DNA of 64,000 bases from Perna viridis. Its lineage: Eukaryota. The translations under genes and the position numbers were made by a program. Location: positions 21,514,001-21,578,000 of the forward strand of contig CM074516.1 of NCBI GenBank assembly GCA_037379345.1. The letters run 5' to 3'. Of the stretch, positions 52,871 to 64,000 are shown piece by piece. Positions within the stretch are counted from its first letter, which is position 1. Every line of letters begins with the position of its first letter. The notes under the pieces are model-generated. The model was not told where the DNA came from and searched no databases. It saw only the letters and a program-made list of their open reading frames with translations.

Positions 52871-55800
52871 GGAAACATTCCATTTGGTGTCAAAATCTAT
52901 GCATAACCATGTATGTTTGTTAATGATTAGATGGTATTATCAATGTGGTGCATGTTTGTTATCTAGACATCAAAGACAATATCACTGTATAGAGATCAAG
53001 CTATGGATGCATTCATAAGTCATTTAGAGGTTCAAATCAGAACTTTTGAACAACATGTCAAGGATAAACTCTTAGTTTTGTATGTCAGAAGTTCATTGAA
53101 AGTCAACAAGTCATGGTGAATGAGAGGTGTGGTTCATTCTGAACCTTATACTTGATGTTTAAAGATTCATCTCTTAAAGTTTTGAACTTTCACCTTTTGA
53201 ATCATCGTCAGGAAATATGAACTATATTTCTGAAAATGCTGATATATTGAAACACTGGAGTCCACGAATATTTATAGAAAAAAAAACTTGTTAGTTGAGA
53301 AAATTTTAGTTTTTTATGATACAAACTTATTTTAGAAATAAAAATGTTTTTTTTTTTTTTTTTGTAGAGGAAGGGTATGTTGCTTTGTCAAATGTTTTTT
53401 TTTTTTTTGGCAGAGGAAGGGTATGTTGCTTTGTCACTCAATATTGATGATAAATAACAAGAAAGATTTTACAATGTATTTACATACCCATGGTAATTTG
53501 TACATGTATTTCAAAACAACGTTTTAACCTTCCTTTATATAATATATTGGTATCAATTTCGCATGACCTTATAAAAGGTCAGTGGTTTAGGTGAGCACAA
53601 CATAGGCAGGGTCTATCCAGGATTTCTGGTTAGGGGGCATAAAATAGAATTTGACTCAGAGCAAAGTAAGGCAAGACATTTTTCAGGATAGAATTTGTAA
53701 AAAGTCAAGATTTTATGCAAAAAAAATTCCCATTTTTAGGGGGAGGGTGTATGCCCAGTACGCTTTTCATTTGATTTGGCACCTGCTAAAGGTTTTTTTA
53801 TTTTGTATTATTATTTGTGTACACTGACTCTTTAAGAGAGGTTAAGACCTTTTTTTAAAATTTGGTTTGTGACTTGTTAAGGGTTTCTTTTTTATGGACA
53901 GAAATGTCAATTGATACTTGATTTGTAAAACAGATGATCAGAGGAGTTCCTTTTTTACTCAGATAACATTCCATCATTATTTTGTCTTTTTGAGAAGTGG
54001 AATTACCTCCCTTTGACTGCTATTTATGACTGTATTTTATATGCAGCAATGGGCAAGATCAGGTTTTTATTTTCTTGTAATTTTCAATAGGTCTTAATTA
54101 AACATTGACTGTGTAGTTGCCCATTATGAATTTTTTTCACAGCATAATTTGTTACTTTCTGTCAGGAAATTTAATGAAGTTCTCCATTTCCATTTAGCTT
54201 TTATTAGAATGGTGTTGTAAATGGGAGCCAACTCTTAAAATGACATAATTATGCCTATGTTCCCATATTACCAATATGCATATTATACTAGTACAGAATG
54301 GTTTGATGTTATTATTTTTAATATATCAGTAATGGGGGAAAATTTAATATTAATCTTCAGTAGTTGAACTAGAAAATGTAAAAAATCTTCTGATTGGTCC
54401 TAAGGTTTTAGCTTTAATGGTTTTCAGCATAAGAGGGGGACCAGTCCCTTCAGCCCTTTTCCCTTTGAATCAACCTATGGACTTAAAATAAGTGTGAAAG
54501 GGCTAATTTTGTGAAGAATCAGTATCACCATAAAGTTCAGCATTCAAGTCAATATGTTAAGTTTATTATGGATTTATGGTACTAGAAAAGTAAGTAATAA
54601 TGTCATTAATGTCACTTTTACTTTTTATATGATATCAGTGGAGAAATTATTTATCTAATGTTCATTTGAACAGCTTGAGTTTCTAACAAATATGATTTTA
54701 GATACATTGTATACTGTGAACATATTAATTTTTGTGCTTCACCAATTTTTGCTATTTTCATGTTGAACAGATGAGAGCAAAAAATTGTACCAAGGCAATT
54801 GACTCTCAAAACTATTAACCATTAACCTTTTTAAAACTGTGTTCACTGGACATTTCATTAAAATTAGGAACCGTGGAAGTCAATATGTTAACCGTATGTT
54901 TTTGATATTGTAAAATGTTTTGTGATATTATTTATCTTTTATATGATCTTGTATTTTATGTTGATTTGAAAAAAAAATGCAGAAATGGATGTAGTTTTTT
55001 TTTTAGAATTTTCGGTCTGTTATTGATACAGATATAATGTATTATGGACAACTACCAGTAAATTGTATGCCTGATAAATTCATACTTAAATACTGACCAA
55101 TCTGAATGTTACATTTATGGGAAAGCTCAAATATTCTAATATGGACACCTTTGAAGCAGTAGTAAACAAAATTGAAATTTTTCCAGATATATTTCTTCTG
55201 ACAAATACATTCTACATGAACCAACTATATTTATTCATTGTGCCTGTTCAGGCATTTAGAGGATAAGGAAGTTTTGATTGGCTGTTTTAAAACATTTCAA
55301 TTTATAATGGATGAAAATGGTTGTCGCCGGTTGGGTTATAACTGAACATAGTTATACAAGTTATACAGTGCATCCACGATCACTAGTTGATAATGAAGCC
55401 CTGACATTGTGACCATGATTCCATTTTTTGCTTTGAGAACTGTCTCACATTATCACGAAGAGGTATGAAAATAAAAAAAGATAAAAAAGACAATTTCAGA
55501 AAGGGACTCCTAGCAGGTGTAGTTGGAGTTTAACATTTGTATGGTACAACCACTTAAGGGAGGTATCATTGGTGCTTAAACATGTCTCTCTTGATGGCCT
55601 TCATCTTTGTATTTTTATATGTATATAATTTTAATGGCTTTCTGTGTCATATTCCTTGAATGAATCAAGTTATTTCTGTTGATGGCTATTCATATCATTT
55701 TTTGTACTGTAAGATATTTCATATTTTTTTATATATATAAATAACCTACACATATGTAATTGTCAAATGCAGTGATTTTAACTTTTGCAAATTTTAGGCT

Positions 55801-56642
55801 GAAATCCAGTTTAGGTTTCCATAAAGTTTGCTGCCTTCCAAAATATTTTCTTGACCTCCTCCTTTCCAGCTACTGTAGGTTCAGAAATCCTTGTGATTTG
55901 CCTTTTTATTTCTGAATAAAATATTGATTTTTACTGTATGAACAATAGTACACAACAGTACATGAAATATTTTAGTGCCAGTCCACATAAATTTCAGACA
56001 ATGCCAGTGGTAAAGTGATTCACCAAACAAATGATGCCATTTCAGTCTACATATGCTCTACTTTCACAGAACGATAATCATTTCTGCATTCAGATCTGCA
56101 CTTTTTAGAAAATCATACATTCATCTCCCACTAAAATCAACCAAATGAAACAAAATCAAGAACAATAATTCTTGCAAAGTGCAAATTTCATGCACATATG
56201 ATTTTTATCTCAAAAGGGCAACAACCAAATGAAAAACTGAGACAAGTCATGTGACCAGTAACTGTTTCTGAACAAGAATTAAAACTGATTTCATTGGGTT
56301 TTTGACATGCATGAATCACATTCCATCTGAATTTTAGATAGACTGCTACAAGGTTAAGTATTTTGATTATAATCCACTTGCACCTTTTCATAGAAACAAA
56401 ATGAAATTGCTTTTTCAGTAAACCATCTTTATTTTCATGTTTCAGGCTATTTATTTGATTGATCCCATTTCTTTTCAGAAGGGAAACTCTGTTTAACTTT
56501 ACCATATTCTATAATAAAAAGGCAAAATTTCAGGGATTTATTATTGCATTTTTTTCTTGATCATGAAGTTAACAAAAATGAATCGCTTTTGAAAAAAAGT
56601 TTGTTTACAATAATTTAAAAATTCACAGTAGTTAGAAAGCTG

Positions 56643-56813
56643 GCAGTGGGGGATCCAGAGGGGTTGCAGGGGATTGTCACCACCCTTTTTATTGGAAAAT
56701 TTGTCATTTTCATGTGTAAAATTGACAAAGAATAGCATATAATGTCCTAGCACCCCCTTTTTTGAGGAACCTTGACTGGCATCCACTTTTTAAAGTGTTT
56801 GGATCTGGCCCTG
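56643..56813. mobile_element. hAT-like MITE relic
   Basis: CAGTGGGGGATCCAG...TGGATCTGGCCCTG termini; related relics near 25850-25968 and 53607-53785. Confidence 0.45.
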
Positions 56814-58831
56814 GCTGAAACTATGAACTCCTGATCATATATAAAATTACTTATAATATATTGACTGTTATTCTGCAATCAAGCATATGGTTGGAAGAAT
56901 TTTAATGGCCTTTTTTAATGTAATTTTTCATATTTGCCATAATGGTTTCCCCAACACTGTATACAGTTAATGCTATTTGTATTTGCAGTGCTGATATTGA
57001 TGCTTTAATACCAGCATATAGATATTTCATTCCTTAAAGTGCTATCATTAATATTTTTTTGCACTGCTAGTTTGAAATAGTAGACACATTCAAATATAAG
57101 ATGTTACTTGTGAATCTTTTTTTATTTCAATAAAATTCATTATGTATTTATAGTTATATGTATTTATAGGTTTGTGTACAAAATGTGGACCTATTTATTA
57201 CACAATTACTGAAGATATTTTTTAATTAATGGATAGAAGCATTTTATACCTATACTATCTTATTCATAAAAATGTGATTTTATTCAAATAGAAAGTAATA
57301 AAAACCAAATTGATCAACCAATGAAATTAATTGTTTATTATAAACGCTGTACTAAAATGTATAAATAAAGAAATTTTATAAGATATAAGTATTAAGTTAT
57401 TTATGCGTGTAATGTATTTTTCTTATTTCTTCTCTTAGACAAGTAAGAAATCAGTGTATTTACCTCTAGTAATTTTGCAGAAAATCCAATCACTGAAAAG
57501 CCTTTTTCCCTGAAATTAATTAATACTATCAAAATCGTTGAAAAATTATTATCGTATACCTCCGCCCACTTTTAAAAGTTGATGTTTATTGATAATTTAG
57601 TCCATTGATCTGTCTTTAGTTTCCATCCACATTTTCTTTGTGGTGTCTATTTACTATGTTTCTTTATTAATGTTATTTTGGTTTATTTCGTGTTCTTTGT
57701 TGTGTGTGCCTATTTTACCTGTCTAGTCTCCCTGTGTAGTCCTTATCCTTGGATTATCTTCTTGTGATTACTGTTTAAATCTTGGTTCCCCTGGATTCCC
57801 CTTTTGACTGTTTTATTTAGAAAAAAATTACTTAACCACTATTCATGAAATATTTAAGTCCCAAATGGACGACACCTCTCTCCTCCAAAAAAAAAATAAA
57901 TAAAAAAAAATAAAAAAAAATAAGCCCACTAGCTTTTGTTAAAAGAAATTTAAGGTACATCTAATGCAGTTCGATTGAAAATCTGTAAATTCATCTATTA
58001 AGAAACCAAGTTTTAAGCCCGTGTAGAAACCAGGCAGTTCCTATGATATGGATGACAAATAGTAAATGTTATCCCTTATATTTTTGGTTCCAATGTAATA
58101 TTGTTTATATCATTTTCAAATGCAAAGAATACAAATATTGTTGTCAAAATCAATGGTTTTACTGTTCACTTAAGAAAGAAACCAAATTTTACCCCGTTCA
58201 AAATGAATAGCTGCTTACTGATTCCCTACCGGTGCACCTGGTCCATGCTCCCAGTTTCAAGTGGAGTCCGAGTTGCTCATTTGCTTTTGTTACTTTGTAT
58301 GTATGATTTTAGTTACTTTATGTTCTTTGTTGTGTATTTCTGTTTTCCATGTCTGGTCTTTGTCCCTGGATTACATTCTTTTGATTACCGCTATAACCTT
58401 TGGTACCTTGATTACTCTTTTACACACTTTGCCCAGTGACAATTTTATTTTGCCTTTTTTTGTTATATACCGGAAACAAATAACTGTCATGGAAGCGAGA
58501 TTTTTAGTGCATTATATGGTTTAACCCACAAGTTCCGTGAGAAATGCCTGTACCAACTAAGGACCAAGGCAGTTGTTTCCAGTTTTTGCCTTGATAGTGC
58601 TATTTGTTATACGGACTTTCTTTTCGTCTATTCCTTTTGACTTTTTCCAAGAGTAAATCAGTTCAGTAACCCTTCATCAGAATTGATAGGAAAAGCGTAT
58701 TTTTGATCCGAATTTTATGATTCAAATGTCAATTCTTTTTCTTTTGAATTCTGTTTTGATTTTTTTTACAATGTAGGTGTGTCATTTACCGTTAAGGGGT
58801 TGAAGGGGTATAAAATTTGGCCTCACCCAAA

Positions 58832-60486
58832 AACAAGAGGCTCCCAGGAGCCTGAATCGCCCACCTTCTTGAATTTTGCCTTTCAAAGGCAATAAATTAA
58901 ATAAAAAGTTTCCCAACAATTTTGACTAAAGAAGTCTTTGGTAGGACTATCACAAGATCTTTTCAACAATTGAAAGTTTCTTTTAATCTATCATAGTTTT
59001 CAAGATATTGACTGAAAACTATCAAAAATAAAGTCATTTTTCCCCTCACAAGGGCAATAACTCTTACAAGGAGTCTGAAGATTTTTGTAGTCCTAATAAT
59101 ATGGATCATTTTAGCTATTGAAAGAATTTGGATAAACCTAACAGTTTAGGAGATATATGCGAAAAACTACTGTCTGACCCCTATGTTCTATTTTTAGTAA
59201 CAGTGGCCATGTTTTTTGACGAATCAAAAATCCTCACATCAGTTCTATGCAGGATACCCCAAGGAACATTCGTACCAAATTTGGTTCTAATTAGTCAAGT
59301 AGTTTCAGAGGAGAAGAGTTTTTTTGTATAACGACGACGACGGACGACGAAAACGACGGACGCCAAGTGATGGCAATAGCTAACATGGCATCATCGTCGT
59401 CTGTCGTCATCAATTTATTAAAACTCTTTCCTCTGACACTCTTGACCAATTAGAACCAAACTTCGTATGAATATTCCTGTATAAAACTGATTTTTGATCT
59501 GTCGAAAAACATGGCCGCCATTACTAAAAAATAGAACAAAGGTGTCAGACAGAAATTGTTAGCATATATCTCCAAAACAGTTGGGTAAAGCCAAATTCTG
59601 ACTAGGGTAAAATTATTCAGCAAGATGAGATCTATTTGTATTCAAATTTTCGTTTTAATTTGTTAAGCTTTTTTGGAGTTATTGCCCATTTTTCGACGTT
59701 TTATACTCTTTTTAACGTTTTTTCTTACAAAAATCTTCTCTGACATTTCTTGAACAATTGGAACCAAATTTGGTATTAATGTTCCTTAGGTATTTTGCAT
59801 AGTCTTGTGCGGATTTTCGATCCGTCAAAAAAAAAAAAAAATAGCCGCTGTTACTAAAAATCTTCTCCTCTGAAACCGCTAAACAGAATTTGATGAATCT
59901 TTGGCTTGTCTACTCCCAAAATTATATCTGTTATTCCTTTTTTGCTGATTATACCTTCTTTTGGCAATTTTTGTCTATCATTTAGAAAGGAAAGCAGTTT
60001 GATGATTAATTAGAATTGATAAAATATTCAGTATTTCAATATCTGTTTTTAGTGCAAATTTCGGAAAATGTGTCGACACTTCTTGGAGTTATGGCCTTGG
60101 AAAGTGTCAATTTTTTACGTTTTCATCTGTTTTGCCTATTATTTAGAGAAAGCAGATTGATGACTAATGTAAATTGATGAAATGTTCAGTATTTCAATAT
60201 CTATTTTTGGTGCCAGGAAGTGTCATTCTGACCATTTTCCCAGTTTATGCCCTTTGTTAATAAAACAAAAGTATATTGATGATTAATGTAAATTGCAAAA
60301 AAAAAAAAAAAAATCAATTGTGTAATAATAATTAATTTTTTTCAGCAAAAGTGATTAGTACCATAACAAATATCATCTGTGCAAATTTGGTCAAAAGTAT
60401 TTAACCATGATTTTTAGTTTTTGCATGTATTCTTTTTAAAAGTTTTAAACTAGGTGAGCAATTCAGGCTTTTGAGAGTCTTTTGTT
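58832..60486. mobile_element. Two HINE-like elements fused tail-to-tail (plus 58832-~59390, minus ~59390-60486)
   Basis: Inverted heads 28/35 identical; (GAC)n microsatellites converge at 59330-59410. Confidence 0.65.
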
Positions 60487-62124
60487 TATTTTGGTCCGAT
60501 TTCGAATATTTAAAATCAAATACCAAATTTTGTGCTATATTGTATCCAAACAACATCAGTTGTTTAAGATCTAGGATTAGTGGAAACGGAAATTCTGTTG
60601 ATTGCATTTTAATAATATTTTGCACTTTCAGCCTGTTAATAGGTTAACATACAAATAGAATGATGATTATTTTTTTTTTAGCAAAAGTGACAAATATCAT
60701 CTGTGCAAATTTGGTCAAAGGTGTTAACCATGTTTAGTTTTTGCATGTATTCAACTTTAAAGATATTAAATTAGTTGAGCGATTCAAGCTCTGGAGAGTC
60801 CCTTGTTTATTTTGTTGTTCGATTTCGAATTTATTTTTTTTTTATTTAAAATTTTTTGCTATATTGTGTCCAAACCTTTTGTTGTGCCCATAATAAATAG
60901 AAAGTCCCTATTAAATTCCACACTTGAACCAAGTAAACTGGGTTCGGCATGCTGCGGTCGGATCATGCTGCAAGCTCTTTATCATACCATGAAATTACAC
61001 CCGTTAGTGTAGTAGTTTCCCATCGGCGAAATACATAATCAATTCGTGATGTATCAAAATTGCCTAATTATACAAGCATCAACTCGTGTATTCTTTTCCA
61101 AGAAAAAAGAATGGTTCAAATTCTTGCCTCTTCAGTTGTCGTTTTGCTAAACGTAAATGAAAATGAACTCAACTAAGAAATGTAGTACATATAACTTTCA
61201 AAAAAATTCAACGGTTGTCCTGCGTTCGTGATGGTGAATTGTAGAGCCAGGCTATTAAAAGCTGTAATTACCCACATCCTGTTTTTGAAGAATGCAAGGG
61301 AAGTTACGACGCAAACAAAAACAAGACAAATTGCAATATAATAGATACCTTTTCTATGAAATTCTACATCTAAACGTTTGTCTGAAAAAAACTCCTCCAA
61401 AATTTATATGGTTAATATTACTAAATGTTATATCATTATAAAACTCGAATCAAATAAAAGGTCATAATGATAGCGTTGTGAATTTCATTTGGTATCATCT
61501 CATTTTTACATCAAAAATTATACAACATTATACATTGTAGTCTCACATGTATGGACATTTGTCATTAACTCAAAAAATTAAAAGAAATAATTATGAGTAT
61601 CGCTTTTGTTTGAAATACCAGTATTTCTATATACAATGTATATATAATAAGAAATTGGACATATTCATTTCACAAACTAATATTGTTGTCTTCAAGCCAT
61701 TGATAAAATGGCCAGGAAAATTATTCTATTTCTATTTATTATATTCACTTTTTCTGGAGGCTTGGGCTTTACATATTCAAAACAGAAGCGAAACGTATGG
61801 AATTCTCAAGAAATATTTGCATGTGTTATTGACGGGAGGTGGCAACGTCTGCCTAATGAACTAGCACGAGTTGTAAGGAAGTTGCCAAATTGTCGTCGTA
61901 TTTTTGTTCCGTTCGAACACATATTTTGACAACTTCGTACCGATTGTCTTCATCTGACTGACTTGCTGAAGTATTTCTTTACGGAAATACAGTCTATAAA
62001 GTACATTCTTTCAACCATGAATTTATCAACTGCCCTTAATGGAATTATTCGGAAAGAAATTATTGTGTGCTCTTTGAATCCGGTTTTCACAGACAGAGAT
62101 ATTCGACTCCAAATTGCAACCTTT

Positions 62125-63805
62125 TAGTGGAGCGGATAACCTCAGAATTTCAGCAAAATATTTCAAATTATGATACAAGCACCAAATTTTGCACCGTTAT
62201 ACCTTATTATATGCTTGTTGAAATAAAAGCGTGAGCCAGCTCGATTTTGCATTTGTAAAGACGGCCGCCAACTTTTAAAAATGGCGGTCAAAACCAGTCT
62301 TCCATTTCCTCAAGAGAGGTCTGTAAGTCAAGTTAAATTCGGATAATGTCATTATTCAAATGATTTCCGGTATCGTAATGGTACAGATATACAATTTTTG
62401 GGACAAAAGTTGAGTATGTTCTTTCCAATAGTGAAAACGATGTATCACAAATTTCTCCGTTGCAACTATGAAGAACCAGACTGTCGAATGTTCTTGCATG
62501 CGAAGGGCGCAGCTGTTAATGGTAGCGATAGTATTTCTGATGTTATCGGTGTTTGTCCAGTTGGATGTTGAGCTACTTTTGCATTCAGAGAGGGGAAATA
62601 TTTCAGATGGATTCTTTTTCACGATATCGATAGAACTCTTTGATCGAAGGCAAGAGTCCTACGTTTTTTCTCTACGCTTATAAAGGCTGTGATACCGTTT
62701 TTGCCTTTGTTGGGAATGTGCAAAAGTCATGTTGGCACGCCTGGAATGTCTTTCCTGGTGCAATGGAGATGCTCCATTGATTGAGTCTCTAATTGGCAAA
62801 ATTGGTTCGCATTGTGTCAGTATTATTGAATCATTCGTCGTAATTATGTATGACAGCCACAAACGACTCTTGCTATTTTTGCATGAAAGTAAAAGCCATA
62901 TAATGCTATCCCACCGTCCAAAGCTGCATTGACAGAGGTTGTAAAAAGAGCTACATTGCAAGCAGGTCATACTTTGGGTCAGTCCTTGAATCGGATGATG
63001 GAATTACCGCCTCAAGATAGATGAGATTGGCAAAGACAAGACGGTGTGTGGGTGCCATATTGAACTTCATTGCCTCTGATTACGGCATCGTGCAAAAAAC
63101 TTTTGAAGTGCAGTTCCAGGAAACTATGCTCCAGAAATTGTTAAAACTACAAATCCGGATTGCAAAGCACAGCATTATGCAGTTGTAGTTGCGATGACAG
63201 ATGAAAAGGTTTTTTTTTACCAAACATGCACATGTGCATTACCAATCAATAATAAGCATTCTAATATAAAGAACAAATGTTTTATTGTGATGTACAACAT
63301 TTTAACTGCATTACTAGAAACATATGAGGTAAAATTACCACTTTTAAAAAATATTGGGAAAATCCAAAAAAATTCCGTTTTTTCATATTTTTGGCATTTC
63401 AGAACGACAAAAACGTCTTATGATACCTAAAATGGCATTCTATACACGCCCATATATATAAAGAAGATTCAAAATCTGTACGAGCTCAGGCGACAAAAAT
63501 GGCGCATGGAAGGGAAAACCTTTCACTGATAAATTTGGATATTCATTATATTTTAGGACCATTTCGATTCCAAAGATAATTTGAATGGAGATATTATCTT
63601 AAATTAACTTGGCATAAAGACCATATCTTTGGTGAATGGTAGTTTGGTTTTAACCGACATGACAAAAGGTGACGGCCTTCTTGAAAATGGCGAAATCGAA
63701 GTAGCTCACGATTTCATTTGAAAGAGCATTTATTGAAGAAGATGTGTGCAAAAATTTGTGCTTGTATCATAATTTGAAATATTACGTCAGGTTTCCGCCC
63801 CACTA
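62125..63805 (+). mobile_element. Internally deleted Academ (XPG-type, AcademX) DNA transposon
   Basis: 5'-TAG...CTA-3' termini, ~140-bp imperfect TIRs, 3-bp TTT TSD; decayed XPG/FEN1-like and Cys-rich coding relic inside. Confidence 0.8.
62461..63203 (+). pseudogene. Decayed XPG-like nuclease + Cys-rich finger (C-terminus of the Academ protein)
   Basis: CNYEEPDCRMFLHA (cf. HEEADxR), GCDTVFAFVG..KSCWHAW, IPPSKAAL..RATLQAG, W.P.*T.LP, CSSRKLCSRNC*..GL..TALCSC; stops and frameshifts. Confidence 0.8.
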
Positions 63806-63809
63806 TTTC

Positions 63810-63939
63810 AAGGAATGACTGCTTTATTTTTTCGGTCTATGAAGAAATAACCTTAGTCACATGGTGCACAGTAAATAACCTGTGTGCACCACGGGCATTG
63901 AAGTTACTTCAAATAGACCGAGAAAAAAAGTCATTCCTT
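63810..63939. mobile_element. Small TIR element / MITE
   Basis: AAGGAATGACT..TTTTTCGGTCTA and TAGACCGAGAAAAAAAGTCATTCCTT. Confidence 0.6.
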
Positions 63940-64000
63940 ATAATTCAATTTAAGTACCAAAATTTAACGAGTAAATCATTAAAAAAAACGATAACGTCAC

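Noticed and set aside
57630-58640. ORFs 58101-58439 and 58261-58524 as membrane proteins
   Set aside because: T-rich repeat sequence (57630-57810 resembles 58270-58420) yields hydrophobic translations; no exon signals.
61927-61929. Selenocysteine recoding of the in-frame TGA
   Set aside because: No SECIS or selenoprotein motif is recognisable; a nonsense mutation or chance is simpler.

Overview
AT-rich, intron-rich eukaryotic DNA. The repeat landscape looks like a bivalve mollusc, which is an inference. Two multi-exon protein genes lie head-to-head. Minus strand: the 5' part (8 coding exons, ~468 codons, continuing off the left edge) of a Sec23/24-type zinc-finger + VWA protein of the 'circularly permutated Ras protein 1-like' type. 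Plus strand: a complete cortactin gene with 16 coding exons (29368-52870, 616 aa: DDW acidic motif, ~8.5 HS1/cortactin repeats, helical region, SH3). All exon boundaries were read by hand; they follow GT-AG and the phases are consistent. Introns and flanks are packed with mobile DNA: a decayed LINE RT fragment, Helentron-associated (HINE/pearl-like) elements with ~160-bp internal repeats, Kolobok/Harbinger/Tc1-pogo/hAT-type MITEs, two TSD-flanked SINE copies with a structured non-tRNA head, and an internally deleted Academ (XPG-type) transposon. Most notable observations: five symmetric 111-bp repeat exons in cortactin, a decayed copy of cortactin's first coding exon inside its own intron, and a cortactin-SH3-ligand-like motif in the divergent neighbour gene. 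I found no single clearly new biological system; these are hypotheses to test.
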